From the NCBI RefSeq assembly GCF_009914755.1, contig NC_060936.1: 64,000 bases of DNA, one strand, 5' to 3'. The DNA is from the human T2T-CHM13v2.0 reference genome, Homo sapiens. The notes below the pieces were generated by a model. It saw only the letters and a program-made list of their open reading frames with translations, was not told where the DNA came from and ran no database searches. Positions within the stretch are counted from its first letter, which is position 1. Each line of letters starts with the position of its first letter. The position numbers and the translations under genes were made by a program. Positions 38,334 to 54,554 of the stretch are shown here, piece by piece.

Positions 38334-39370
38334 TGAATTAGTTTGTTTTCACACTGCTGACAAAGACATACTCGAGATTGGGCAATTTACAAAAGAAAAA
38401 GCTTTATTGAACTTAACAGTTCCACATGGCTCAGGAGGCCTCACAATCACAGTAGAAGGCAAGGAAAGCAAGTGACATCTAACATAGATGGCAGCAGGCA
38501 AACAGAGATCTTGTGCAGGGGAATGCCTCTTTTTAAAACCATCAGATCTTGTGAGACTTATTCACTATCACGAGAACGGTGCAGGAAAGACCTGACCCCA
38601 TAATTCAATCACCTCCCACTGGGTTCCTCCAACAGACAATATGTGAGAATTGTGGGAGCTACAATTCAAGATGAGATTTGGGTGAGGACACAGCCAAACC
38701 ATATTATTATACCCTTGGCCCCTCCCAACTCTCATTTCCTCACACCTTAAAACCAATTATGCCTTCCCAACAGTCCCCCAAAATCTTAACTCATTTCAGC
38801 ATTAACTCAATAGTTCACAGTCAAGTGTCTCATCTGAAACAAGGCAAGACCCTTCCACTTATGAGCCTGTAAAGCCAAAAGCAAGTTAGTTACTACCTAG
38901 ATACAATGGGGGTACAGGTATTGGGTAAATACTGTCGTTCCATATGGGAGAAATTGGCCAGAACAACGTAGGTACAGTAGGCCCCATGCCAGTCTGAAAT
39001 CCAGCAGAGCAGTCAAATCTTGAAGCTTCAAAATGATCTTTATTGAATCCATGTCTTTTTTGAATCCAGCATTCATGTCACACTGATGGAAAAGTTGGGT
39101 GCTCATGCTCTTGGGCAGCTCCACTCTTGTGGCTTTGCAGGGGACAGCCTCCCTCCCTGCTGTTTTCATGGGCTGGTGTTGAGTGTCTGCAGCTTCTTCA
39201 GGCATAGGGTGCAAGCTGTCGATAGATCTACTGTTCTGAGGTCTGGAGGATGGTGGTCCTCTTCTCACAGCTGCACCTGGTGGTGCCCCAGTAGGGACTC
39301 TGTGTGGAGGCTCTGACCCCATAAGGCCCTAGCAGAGGGCTTTCCTTCCATAAGGCCCCAGCAGAGGGCT
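38334..39370 (-). mobile_element. THE1 (A/B-like): 3' LTR 38334-38706 plus truncated internal region
   Basis: ttagtttgttttcacactgctga...gggcaatttacaaaag...gacacagccaaaccatat; internal colinear with 13355-13980; no second LTR. Confidence 0.92.
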
Positions 39371-40805
<1,435 letters not shown>

Positions 40806-40917
40806 GCCAAAGAACATTCTCAGCATTTGTTGTCCTTTACTTTCTTACTTTTATGGAAATAGAAGGGTTTTGTATGAGATAGAGATGATAGAGCAAAGTG
40901 GCTCAATCTCCTTTCTA

Positions 40918-41065
40918 GCAGTGATTCTCAACCTTGGATTGACTGTTAGTATCAGATGGATAACTTTAAGAAAGTACTAATTCTCAAGCTGTACTGCCAG
41001 ATATTCGGATTCAATTTGTCATCACAGCACCCAGAAGTCAATATTTTTAATAGAGTTTCCCAAGG
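40918..41065. mobile_element. MER5-like hAT relic
   Basis: cagtgattctcaaccttgg...ccagatattcggattcaattt...atatttttaa...ttcccaagg. Confidence 0.5.
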
Positions 41066-41647
41066 AGAATTTTTTTTTACTGTTGATCATTGTTGAATCA
41101 CCAACATTTGTTTCTATACATACTCAGAACTCAGTAAGTATTTGCCAGATGAATGAACAAACGAATGATAATCAGACTGCTTTCAGGTGAAATACCAATA
41201 GCTAGATAGTTGTATATTATTGAAAGATATGTTAACAGCTCAAGGAGAAAAAAATAGGTGGTCCTAAAATTTTATACACCATTGAATTCTTAATGAAATA
41301 TGAAGAAAAATAAGCATGCTTTGAAGTATGTATACACAGTTCACTACCAAAGCACACTAAATGAAAATATGTTGCAATGTCATGCTATAGCCAAATAAGT
41401 GTATATACAACACAGAAATCATAAACCAATTCTAAAATAATTAAAAGAGGATCCAGTCGACCCTGCCACTTGGAAGATTCTCATTACCACAGGAAATTTC
41501 ACTGATTGAAGACTACATTTCCTCTATTTGCTTTCCAGTCATGCTATTGCTTTTACAGCAAATAATTTTATAAATTTCAAATGCTGTGTAAACTAAATCC
41601 AGCAATTAATACTTAATACCATTACCAAATAAAATATAATTTTTAAT

Positions 41648-42225
41648 AACTACGGTATAATAAGAAATATATTTGGGATCTGTCCCTGGATCCTGGCACT
41701 GAGCTCCTAACATGATTTGGAGATGTGAATAAGGTGACTTAGGGTGACATCCCTAGATCACTTCAAAATAATCAGAATAATTGGAAAATTTAATCTCACC
41801 TTCTGACCTTGTGGAAGGGGGCTGGAGATTAAGCTCTATAGACTCTTAAAATGTGATGAGCCTTAGACTTGACAAACCCATACGCATGCTGAGTGGCAGG
41901 CCAGCTCCACAGCAACAGAAGCTTTCAGCCCAAGACCCTTCTGTCCTTGTTCTATGTACCTCCTGATTTGGCTATTGATTTGTAATCTTCTTGAATTTTG
42001 AGACCACCCTCACAAATTATCAAACATTAGGAGGAGGTTCATCAGAAGTATGGACCTCTGGGACTTGAGACCAGCATCTAAAGTTGGGGACAGTATTTTG
42101 GAACTCAGCCCTTAAATAACAGAATCTGCACTAATTTTGAGTAGTTAGTGTTAGAATTGAACTGAATTGTTGAACATCTAGTTGGTGAATCAGAGTATTA
42201 GTTGTTGGTGTTGGAAAATATCCCT
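41648..42225 (+). mobile_element. MER21 (C-like) LTR
   Basis: tataataagaaatatatttgg...cctggcactgagctcctaa...ggggctggagatt...gggacagt...tagttagtgttagaattgaactgaatt. Confidence 0.7.
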
Positions 42226-42627
42226 TAAAATAACCTTTAAAATTTAAAAGTAACTAAAAGTGAAATATTAAAAGGAGAGTTATTAGAAAATACAGAAATT
42301 ATAATAGTATCACATTTTATAGTAGGGAGTTAACACATAATCATTAACATTAATTAATCATAGAATATGGATATAAGCACTAAATTTAAAATCTTAAACA
42401 CTGCCACAGAAAATGAAATTTAATAACCACAACCTGAAGCTGTGGTGGAAAAGGGCAGTAAGAGATAGTGTAAGTGCTTCAATTGTTCTAGTGTAGGTGT
42501 ATCAATTGTTCACCTTTCATAGTTGGCAGCCAACAGATGTTATAGGATGTTATAAAATAGTAAATAGAATTATAAAATTTAAACTTATACTGGTAACTAT
42601 AAAAGTAATAACAACAGAAACTCTTTT

Positions 42628-42924
42628 ATTTTTCTTTTATTTATTTATTTATTTATTTATTTATTTTTTAAATAAGGTCTTTCTCTGTCACCCAGGCTGG
42701 AGTGCAGTGGCTCAAACAAGGTTCACTGCAGCTTCGATTTCCTGGCCTCAAGCAATCCTCCCACCTCAGCCTCCTGAACAGCTAGGACTAGAGGCATGTC
42801 AAATTTTTTATTTTTTGTAGAGACAATGTTTCCCCAGCTGGTCTCTAGCTCCTGAGCTCAAAGGATCCTTCCACCTTGACCTCCAAAGTTCAGGCCTTAC
42901 AGGCGTGAGCTACTGCACCTGGCC
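42628..42924 (-). mobile_element. AluJ
   Basis: cactgcagcttcga...ctcaagcaatcctcccacctcagcc...ctcctgagctcaa; degenerate TSD agaaac..tttt. Confidence 0.88.
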
Positions 42925-44764
42925 AGAAACCATTTTCTTATAAAGAATAGCAGCCTCTAGGGAGTTGCAGGGATCAAAATGGTATTTTTTGTTTAATATT
43001 CTCATGTCTTACCATAATTTTTGCATTTATTACTTCTATGATTTAAATATGTAATTTAAAATATCATTTGAACTGCAAAAGAAAGCACCATATAACAGAT
43101 AATTCAGAAAAACATATTAGTCTTAATATTTTATTATTATGCTTTATAAAATGCACATATTTGAAAATAAAAGACATAACCCTATGTGCGCTGTTTTTAT
43201 AATTCAGTTACACTATACATGCAGTGCAGTTTACACCTATTATATATTCTAGAGCTCTCTGTTTACTTATTAATACCTACCTATTTCAGAATTACAGGTT
43301 GATGTTTTGGCTTCCCTTTTTCAAATATGTTGGGGCAGGTAAAATTTATTAAAACCTTTCAAATTATGTTTTAATTCCACCACACAGATATCTTCCTTGG
43401 ATATTTATAGAATTATTCACAGAGTATTAGGTAGTATAATGCTGTCAATATTCCTATCTCTTTTATATAATTTATTTCTTTGCATGTATTTTTTACTTTG
43501 TGAATATTGTAATTTTGTGACAACTATATGAAACTTACACAGTGTGCAATTAAATTAATCAGGGGCCATCAATGTGGTATATTGAGTTACTGAGCAAGAG
43601 AGCCTTAAAAACTACTTAGAACTTGATTAATTTTGATTTATAATGCATCTCTATCAAATAGAGTATCTAAAGCACTAGTTGTCATGACTAAAATATGAAG
43701 AGAAATTTAAAGGAGTAAGGTTAGAGAGTACTTTTTAAAATACAATGTGTTCCCATTAATATTTGCAAGTTTATACGTGCAAAAAGAACTTGTCTTTGTA
43801 AACTTATGGTCTGTTTATGCGGACACCTGCTTTCAGAATGCAGTTTCCCTTTTGTGAGCTCTAGTGGGGAAGGTAGTGGGGTACAGGGAGTTCACCCAAA
43901 TACACAATTATGAGGATGGTCCCACCTAGATTTAGAAATTGCTCTTCTACAAAAAAATAAAATAAAATAAAAACTTGTTTCTCAAAAGAACTCTAAGAAT
44001 ATGAGAGCAATGTGTTTGGAGGGGAAAAAATAACAGAATTGATTTATAAATAAATTAAAACAGAACCAATTATACATATAAACAGTAGAGGTAGGTTTAC
44101 TTAGGCTGTTTGATTATATCTCAGTGATAATAGTTCATTAATCTGAGAAGGCTGTGTGTGCATATTTCAGTATGTTTTTTATTTTTCTGCTGTTTACTTA
44201 TGTCGTTTGAGGAAGCCTTATAGACTTCCTTTGCAACTTAATCAACATGCATTTATCCCGTAACCCAAATTTGCTGCTCACTTTCACAGTCTGGCTCTTT
44301 AAAAGCATTACTGCACTCTGCTGTTTCTCTCTTTCGCACAATTTCATGTTGATTGAGCTCTCCATGACCTATTTTCAATGCTATAGCTCTTTTTCCCCCA
44401 ACACATAGCTTCCTGTTTTTCTGTTTAGCCGTGTTTGTACTAGTATTTCCTATGGCTAGATGATCACTTCAATTCTGCTTTTAATTTTTTTCTGGCTCTT
44501 GGCTCTTGGCAGGTTTTATTTACTTCCCAAAGGAAATTCTGTATATAAAGGGCTGCCTAATTAGTGAATGGTCACAAAAAAACCTTTCTGCCATCACAGA
44601 ACACTATACAAACATTCTCTTAATGGTGCTTCCTGGCTTCCTTCCTTTAAAACATCCCCTGACAAAGCTAAAATATAGCTATCTTTAAACCTTTGGCCCT
44701 CCACTGGAGTGATAGAACCTTTGAACTCTTTTTTGTCCAGTGAATATAGTATGCATTTCTATGT

Positions 44765-44930
44765 GGAATATGGTTTAGAAGATATGACAAGTTATATTTT
44801 CTTTCAGCACTTCCATTTCCTCATCTACGAAAATGGGAGTAAATAGTGCTTACTTTTTTAGTTCATGTTAGGGATTAAATAACATCAACACTTTTTAAAA
44901 CTCCTAGCAAAGGGGCTGATGCAGAGTGAT
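44765..44930 (+). mobile_element. MIR SINE
   Basis: acaagttat...cttccatttcctcatctacgaaaatggg...gggattaaat. Confidence 0.55.
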
Positions 44931-45839
44931 TTAATTTGGACATCTATTTTGAAAACCACTGCTGATTAAATATTTATTAAAAGACTGCTATTTTTTATTT
45001 TAATTCTGTAAGAAATGACATGAGTTGCTAAACAATCTTTGAATGCTTTCTCAGTTCATCTTCATTGAAACTATGATAGAATGTGAGGTGCACCTGCTGT
45101 ATTATACTCCATTTCTTAGAAAAATAAAACAATAAAAATAAAAACAATTTCAATTATTTAATCAATGACCATTATTGATAGAGCAGAGCCCAAATGTTGT
45201 GATATAAATGTGGTAATTACTTCTATTGGTTTGCAGAGATGGCCCACCACACACTCTCACAACACACACATACACATTTGCAGATTTCTCCTTTTGAGTT
45301 ACAACTTTTATACAATTTAGTTTGGAGAATATAGCCATAGCAAATTCAGCAGAAATAAATTCAGCCAGAAATCTAAGTTATATCTATGGTAAAATCAATG
45401 AAGTATTTTTAAATTCAGCTGCTTAACTTTATTAGTGTGGGTTTAATATTACATGTAAAACAATAGCACAAAGTTCAGGAAGTGAAAAAAGAGAACTTCA
45501 TGATTTTTAATTTCTTATATCATGCATAAAGTGGTATAATATCATCAGAAACTAGACTGTCATAACTTAAAGATGTAAACTCTAAATATTAACATATTCA
45601 AAATTATTAACATATTCAAAATTTTTAAAAATAAAAAAATTGTAGCTAATGAGTTAGCAAAAGAAATAAAAGAGAATCATTAAAAGCATACTCATCAAAT
45701 TCAAAACAAAGCAGCAAAAAAAGACCAGTGAATAAAAAAGACAGTAAGCAAATATCAAGTTCATAGATTTACACCTAGCCACATTACTGATTGTACTAAA
45801 TGTAAATATTTTGAATGAAGACACATTTATGTCATCTTT

Positions 45840-46028
45840 GTATGTATATTATATATGTATACACACACATATGTGCATATATATGTAACTTGATATATAT
45901 GCAAACATTCATACATATATACCTGTAACTGTATATATACATCACTTATACATATCTCGGTGTGTGTATGTGTGCATGTGTATACACATGTTATATATAC
46001 ACACATATATATATTTTATATATATATA
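45840..46028. repeat. (TA/CA/TG) low-complexity tract
   Basis: tatgtatattatatatgtatacacacacatatgtg...tatatacacacatatatatattttatatatata. Confidence 0.8.
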
Positions 46029-47614
46029 GTCACCTAATGAACTTATGTAATGAATTTTTCCATGGGTCAAGGCTGAAACTCTGTTTGAAAACCATCCCTT
46101 TAATGTGCTCAAATTCTGAGATGAAAAAATTTTCAAATTCTGAGATGAAAAAATTCCTAGAAATTGAAGAATAGGATTGGCACAACCGAACACTAAATAA
46201 TACAAAATTTTAGACCTCAAGAGGAAAATAGTAACTAGAAGAACAGTGGAAGAAAATAAGAATATATGTCATACATTTAAGAAATTAAGATTTCCCAGAA
46301 GTGATAAGTCATTTCAAAAGGGGTACATGATTCTAAAAAGATTCATGGTGTGACTAACAGTGAGGTACAGCTAGAGTGATCAAAGTCCCAATTTTCTCAA
46401 TATATGCATACTTTATACCTGATAATTTTGTTGTCTGACTGATACTGACTTGCCCAGTATTGACATCTGTATGTTTTGGACCTGCTTGAATTAGTAAATT
46501 CCGGTGCAGAGCTTTCCATTTTCCTTAGATGAGCCAACTTGGTGTCTGCAGTCATAGTTTTAGTGCTCATCTTGGGTAAAAACAAAGCAAGTAGCACACT
46601 TTGTAGAACAGACCCGAGAAATGCTTCCTTTCTCTGTCAGGATGTACTACCACACACACATATTATTTCACCAAAGATATTTTACTAAGTATTTTTAAAC
46701 ACTTTGTAATCTAAATACCTCACTTAAAAAAGCTTTTACCCAAAGTAGTTTACCTCCAACATGAAGTGTTCAAATGCAGTCCTTATTTTAATATTGTTTA
46801 AAATTTGTTTTAAATATTATTTGAAATATTATTAATAGAAAGCTATGTTATTTCTGAAATTATCTTAATATGACTCTTCTTTTTCTCCATATGCCCATAT
46901 ATATCACTATCTCTAGAAGAAACTGTGATAGCATAAATTAGAAAATAAAGTGATCAAAAATAGCAGTATAATTTTAAACCACGAGGTAATAGAGAGTATC
47001 ATAAATTGAAATTCAGAATTGCAGTTTCCAGTTTTGTTTTTAACTACTATTGTTATCTTGATTATTCTACCAGCTTCAGTTTTCTTATCTAAGATATTAT
47101 GACATTAAATTAGACGACTTTAAAAGTGTTTTTGTTGTTAAGATTGTGTGAAGTGACTTTCTACAGAATTAAATAATTCTAGTCAAATGTTAAATCATTG
47201 ATAATTGTTAATTCACCAAGCCAGTTATTGATTTTCTTCAAATAGGCTTATTCAAGTGTATCAAATTTAGTTAAGAGTTTAAATGCACATTTTGAGACTA
47301 CTGTTTCTCTCTCTGTTAACAATTATTTAAAGATCATTTTCTTCTATTGACAATTATCTCTACCCTGTTAAATTAATCATTCTTTTGGCAGGTTTTTCTA
47401 ATGTCACTCTTTTTGCTATAGGTAAGTCTGCTTAGTCCAAACTCTTGTTTGAAAAAGTCTGGCCCTCTGAGAAATCTGTTTATTTCTCCCAGGGATTTGG
47501 CTCAAACCGACAAGTTAAATAAAGTTAAAGAAGAGGGGAAAACTCGACAATGGCTCAAATTCTGAGTCAGAGCTGCACGGTGTGCTCTCATTATTTTGTT
47601 CAACGTCAATTCAC

Positions 47615-48660
47615 GAAACATTAGATGTACTCGTATGTAATGTGAGTACAAAATGCAAGTACAGACACAAAAGCCAAATATAAATGGAGAGTTGGCTGAT
47701 TGCAGGGTCAGAAAATATACAAGATGACTTCAGAGCATCACGTAGTGCCAGAAGGTTAGGAAGCACCCAACACAAACACAATGATGGGACTTTGTCAAAG
47801 GGACGGACAGAGGAGCTAACTGAAAGAGTTCCCAATGGTCAAAGCTAGAATAACTTTAGCAAAAACATAAGATAGAAATGGATCATAGCCCAAAGCATAA
47901 AATAAATATAATTTTATATGCATATAAATAATTTAATAAGTAAATTGGAGGGAATAGACAACTCTTCCATGTAGAAGAATTGTAAGTAATGTATGTAGAT
48001 ACTTTTGCTTCAAGGAGTTGGAGCATGATTGCTCACTTCTTAAGTGGAAGCTGCATATAGTGAGTTCCTTCGAAAGAGCACAGTAGGGAACAGGAAAGGA
48101 GAAAAAAGGAACTTTACTGTAGAAAATCCTGACAAACCTAACAAACACGATGTTAGCCAGGTGAGCAAGGTTGACATCAAAAGTGATAATTCATTTTTTA
48201 TATTATGTACCTTTGATACAATCTGGTGAAAATGGCACCTGACCTCTGTGGCCTTCCTCCCAAGAACACATGACCATTTCTTATTATGAGAAAAAGATCA
48301 AAGAAATCTCAATTGAGGGACATTCTACAAAATACCTGACCTGTACTCTTAAAAATTGACAAGTCTATCAAAAACAAGGAAAGAACGAGCAACTGTCACA
48401 ACTAAGAGAAATCATAACTACGAAACGTCATGTGATTTCCTGAATAAAACCCTGAAACAGAAAAGGATATTAGATAATAACAAAGGAAATCTAAATATAG
48501 ACTTTAATATTGGTTGATTAATTGCAGCAAATTGTTTTATTAATGTACGAAATTAAGGAACAGAGAAACTGTTGTTGGATATAAGGGAAATCTGCACTAC
48601 CATCTCTATTTTTCTGTAAATATAAAACTGCTACTAAGTTAAAAGTTTATTTTGAAAAAT
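47615..48660 (+). mobile_element. L1MC (L1MC3-like) 3' end
   Basis: gaaaatatacaagatga...gtagtgccagaa...aacacaatgatggg...gaaagagttcccaatgg...aattgagggacattctacaaaatacctgac...taaaagtttatt. Confidence 0.75.
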
Positions 48661-50715
48661 ATCCTTGTCTCTTTTTGGGAGGAATTTTTAAATATCATTG
48701 CTTTCATTTCAGTGATGACCTAAAATAATAATGTGATCATATTCTGTTTCACCAAGATGACAATTTATAACAAAATTCTACCAAGTAATTTCAACTTTCA
48801 ATATTTGCATTTGTGTATACGAAAAATTATCCAGAGCTGCTGAGAAGCAAATATCAGCTTAACTAATAATCAAATATTTGTGCCAAGCAAGTGATGTTAA
48901 GCAATCCACAACACATTACTGCTTTGTACTAGTTCTACCCGCTAGGATATTAAAACATTTATCTCTAATCTATTAACCTATATCTTATAAGCAAATTGAC
49001 TTCGATATTCTATGTTTTTTCTAGATTTTTTCTATGTCTTAATATTCTCCACTTTGATTACTTCATAAAATATATATATTTTTTCAGGTGTCTATTTCTT
49101 CTTAGTTTTTGAGGAAAAATTCTCTTCAGAGCTGCATTCCTTTTGGATTATGATCAAGGAATATGTCTTGCTGTACCTCTTACATTTATTTTTTATTTTT
49201 GTATTTTTAACATGGGAGCAAAATCATTAACATGAAAGAGTGAAATTGTTTCATTTATGATGGTATATACTACTACTGTGTACCAACATCTTTTTTCCTT
49301 TCCCACAGCAACATTGGCACATGTACATTTCAATATTTTAATATCACCCCTCAGCTGATAGGTGCTAAGGTAATGTAAAGAGAGGTGAGAGATGCATAAA
49401 TTAGTAGCTAATTTATCTATTATATAGCAAAACACAAACTCTTAAGCTAGATGTATATTAAAGTAACTGAAGTTGTTAAAAAAGAAACAAAATCCTAGCT
49501 TTTCTTATTTTTATATTGTTAGATGAATCATAATCCATCACGTTTTGTTTTAAACAATAATGAAATTATATTACGGTAATATATAAAGTTATTGGTTTGT
49601 GATGTTTTAATTGGTATTTATATAGCATTTTCAGTTTCATGGATATTAAGAAATTCATAAGGAAAATACCTGCTTCATTTCTCATTTCTTCATACGAAAT
49701 CTCATTTCTCATTCTTCATTTCTCTTCATACTCTGCTATTATTATTGAAAATAATAGCAGAAAGTGGTATTAACACATTTAATCATTAGATTTATTTCTC
49801 AAGCATTCACAATTGCTAATTTGGAAAAGACAATTGTATTATGAAGGATTTTCTCAGAGATTTTTAAATTTATCAAATTAGTATAGTGCGTTTATCTTGT
49901 GGAGAATGAAAATTAATTTTAGCCTATTGTTTATTTTTAAGAGCATTTAAAATTTTAAATTGATAAATTACATCAATTGAATTTTAATAAATATGAATCA
50001 TTTTGTATTATCACAATAATAAAAGAGCTATTGTTCATTATTTTTACATGTATTAACATAATGATGCTGTCTGAAATGCTTGACTGATTTAAAGTGGTGA
50101 TTTTATTCTTTACAAAATTAAAATAAAATCCCAAACTTTTAAATACTATCTGAAAAAATAATAGACCTTCCTTTAGTATGTTAGACTTTTAAGTTTGATA
50201 ATTTTTAGTATGTCATAACCCTTTAAACAGGTAATTATGACTTAGAACGATTTTGTAAAAGCATTTCAATTACAGATTAGAAAATTAAAGTTTTTTGAAA
50301 CCCCAAATTAAATTTTTAAAAACCCCTCATTTGCTATTGGAAAGGTTTGTAAAAGGTAAAAATTATTGAAATTTCAATATATTTATTTTGCTAAAACTTT
50401 TGTTGTATAAAAATAATCAGAACGGTATTTTTTGCCAATATTTGATGTTCCCATTTATCATGGTGGCATCAAAATTCCTTCTTTCTCATGAAATAATTTT
50501 AAACTTTTTCTTTCTTTATTTCTCACATTGATACATCAAATGGAAATATATCTTGTTTAAAACTGAAGAAGTATGGGATTTACCAGTAAAATTTGCAGTT
50601 ATGTAGTTATGATAATTCTGAGATAAGGGCAAACAAGAAGTAAGGAGGAAACCTGTAAATTATTTGAACTTATTTATTTATTTATTCATTCCATGAATTT
50701 TTTAATTTTAGTTAT

Positions 50716-53151
50716 TGATGTGTTTGGATTTGTGTCCCCACCCAAGTCTCATGTTGAATTGTAATCCCCAGTGTTGGAGAAGGGACCTGATGGGAGGTGA
50801 TTGGATGATGGGGCAGATTTTCCACCTGCCATTCTCATGAAAGTGAATGAGATCTCACCAGATCTGGTTGCTTCAAAGTGTGTAACACCTCCCCCTTCAT
50901 GGTCTCTTTCTCCTGCTCTGGCCATATGAAGATGTGCCTGCTTCCCCTTCACCTTCCACTATGATTATAAGTTTCCTCAGACCTTCCCAACCATGCTTCC
51001 CACACAGCCTGTGAAACCATAAGCCAATTAAAACTCTTTTATTTATAAATTACCCACTTTCAGGTATTTTTTTATAGTAGTGTGAGAAAGGACTATACAG
51101 AAAATTGATACTGAGAGTAGGGCATTGCTGTAACAATACCTGAAAATCTGAAAGCTGCTTTGGAACTGGGTAACAGGCAGAGGTTGGAATAGTTTGGAGG
51201 GCTCAGAAGAGAGGAAGACAAAGGAAAGTTTGGACAGGTCCCAGAGACCTGTCAAATGATTTTGGCCAAACTGTTGATAGTGATATGGACAGAGAAGGCA
51301 AAGATGAGGAGGTCTGAGATGGAGGCAAGGAACTTATTGAGTACTAGAGCAAAGTTTACTTTTGTTATGCATTAGCAAAAAGGTTGGAGCCATTGTGCCC
51401 TTGCCCTAGTGATCTGTGAAACTTTGAACTTTAGAGTGATGATTTAGCATATCTGGCAGAAGATATTCCTAAGCAGCAAAATGTTCAAGATGTGGCATTG
51501 CTGCTTCTAGCAGCCTATGTTCATATTTGTGAGCAAAAAAAAAGACATAAAACTGGAACTTACATTTAAATAGGGAAGCAACGTGTAAAAGTTTGGAAAA
51601 TTTGCAGCCTGGCCATGTGGTAGAAAAGAAAATCCCATTTTCTGGGGAGGAATTCAAGCTGGCTGCAGAAATTTGCATAAGTAAAGAGGAGGCAAATGTT
51701 GCTAGCCAAGATAATGGAGAAAACACCTCAAAGGCATTTCAGATACCTTCCTGGCAGCCCCTCCCATCACAGGCCTGGAGGCCTAGGACAGAAGAATGGT
51801 TTTGTGGGCCAGACTCAGGGCCTTGCTGCTCTGTGCAGCCTCAGGACTTAGCACCCTGCATCAGGGCCACTCTAGCCCCACTCATGGCTAAAAGGGCCCA
51901 AAGTACAGATAGGGCCATTGCTTCAGAGGGAGAGTGCAAGCTGTAAGCCTTGGTAGCTTCAATGTTGTGTTAAGCCTGTGGGTGCACAGTGTGTAAAAAT
52001 CTAGGTGGGATCCTCCACCTAGATTTCAGAAGATGTCTGGAAAAGCCCGGATGTCCATGCAGAAGTCTCCCACAGAGACAGAGCCCTCATGGAGAACCTC
52101 TACTAGGGCCATGCAGAGGGGAAATCTGGGGTTGGAGTCCCCACTCAGAGTCCCCACTGGGGCACTGCCTGGTGGAGCTGGGAGAAGAGGGTAACCATCC
52201 TACAGACCCCAGAATTGTAGATCCACTGACAGCTTCAACTGTACACCTAGAATATCCACAGGGACTCAATACCAGCCCATGAAAGCAGCAACCAAGGCTG
52301 TACCCTGCAGAGCCACAGGGTGGAGTTTCCCAAGGCCTTGGGAGCCCAACACTTGCATCAGCATGCCCTGGATATGAGACATGGAATCAAAGAAGATGAT
52401 TTCAGAGCTTTAATATTTAATGATTGCCTCACTGGGTTTTGGACTTGCATGGTACCTCTGCCCCCTTTGTTTTGAGCAATTTCTCCCATTTGAAATGGGA
52501 ATATTTACCCAATGCCTATATCCTCATTGTATCTTGAAAGTATCTAACTTTTTTGTTTTTTGTTTTTTTGTTTTGTTTTGTTTTTTAGTTTTACAGGCTC
52601 ATAGGTGGAAGAGATTTGCTTTGTTTCAGATGAGACTTTGGATCTTGGGCTTTTGAGTTAATGCTGGAATGAGTTATGACTTTAGGGGACTATTGGGAAG
52701 GCATGATTGTATTTTGAAGTATGAGAAGGACACGAGATTTGGGAGGGGCAAGGGGTGGAATAATGTGGTTTGGATTTGTGTCTCCACACAAATCTCATGT
52801 TGAATTGTAATCCTTAATTGGAGAGGGGCCTGGTGGGAGGTGATTGGATCATGGGGGGTGGATTTCTCCTTGCTGTTCTCATGACAGATAATAGCTAATG
52901 AGTTCTTAGCAGATCTTGTTGTTTAAAAGAGTGTAACACCTCCCACTTCACTCTCTCTCCCTCCTGCTCTGGTCATGTGAAGACATGCCTGCTTTCCCCT
53001 CACCTTCTAACATGATTGTAAGTTTCTCGAGGCCCTCCTTGTCATGCTTTCTATACAGCCTGCAGAACTGTGAGCCAATTAAACCTCTTTGTTTTATCAA
53101 TTGCCCAGTTTCAGGTATTTCTTTATAGCAGTGCGAGAATGAACTAATACA
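50716..53151 (+). mobile_element. Full-length MSTA/THE1D-like MaLR: LTR 50716-51099, internal 51100-52760, LTR 52761-53151
   Basis: two ~390 bp direct LTRs (gtttggatttgtgtc...tctcatgttgaattgtaatcc...ctaataca); PPT gggaggggcaaggggtggaa before the 3' LTR; near-TSD gttat/gatat. Confidence 0.95.
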
Positions 53152-54173
53152 GATATTATGGTAGACGCTGATGACACATGATAAAATAAAATGTGGTCTT
53201 TGATTTCTTAGAACTTTTCTAACATTTACACTGGGTATGTATAAAATATGTCTTCCTGGTTACAATGTATGTGGGAATGCACTGTGATTAGAAGGTTCCT
53301 CTGCTTTGGTAATCAAGGAGACACATAGTCAAGAACCATCTTTCTTCTGTGCCTAGGGATTGGAATTTTGATTTACTATAGACATAGAATATTCTAGGAA
53401 TTTCAAAGAAACTTAGCAACAATTAAATGGTATCAAATTATTTGGTTAAGATTACACATTTATTTTCAAAGACAGAATTTTACTCTACTTTTAATAATGA
53501 AATTATATTTTCTAATGTTGTGGCATTAAAAAATTATGTGACTACATTATTGTTTATATATCCTTTATTTCCTTTTATGTCATAAAGAAAGAAAACAAAC
53601 CTTTTTTTCATTATATTTATGCAATCTGAAGTTGATAGGTAATTATTTGTATGGCTTCATCTATATTTTTATCTCCTGTTTTCCCTTTGCTACATGACTT
53701 TAAATATAAAAACAAAAATAAAAACTCAAACTATTTGCTATTCTAACAGTTTAAAAAAAACTTGAACACAATGCTCCTAATGATTAATAAATGTTAATAG
53801 CAATATTTAAAGAATCTTTAAAATTAATGTGACATTTAATACACAGAGCAAATAAGTCATATTAAAAGTGTAATTTCTTTTATTTCATTAGAATCTAACA
53901 AATTGTTTATCCTAAATTACTTTTGCTTTTACCCACTCCTTAATTTCTCTTGCTTTCTTAACTTAAGAATATCTTTTTATCTTCTCTAATTCATTATCTT
54001 TATTTTATTTATTCTTAAATTTATGAATGATTTAAAACAAAACGAAGCAATATACTATGGCCTATATTTAATTAGAATTGCAGTCTAATGACCTATATGC
54101 CTCTTGCATATGTCCAAAGAAATTGGAGAATAGCTTATACCTCATTATTTCACCCTGCCCTACCTGTCATTAA

Positions 54174-54554
<381 letters not shown>

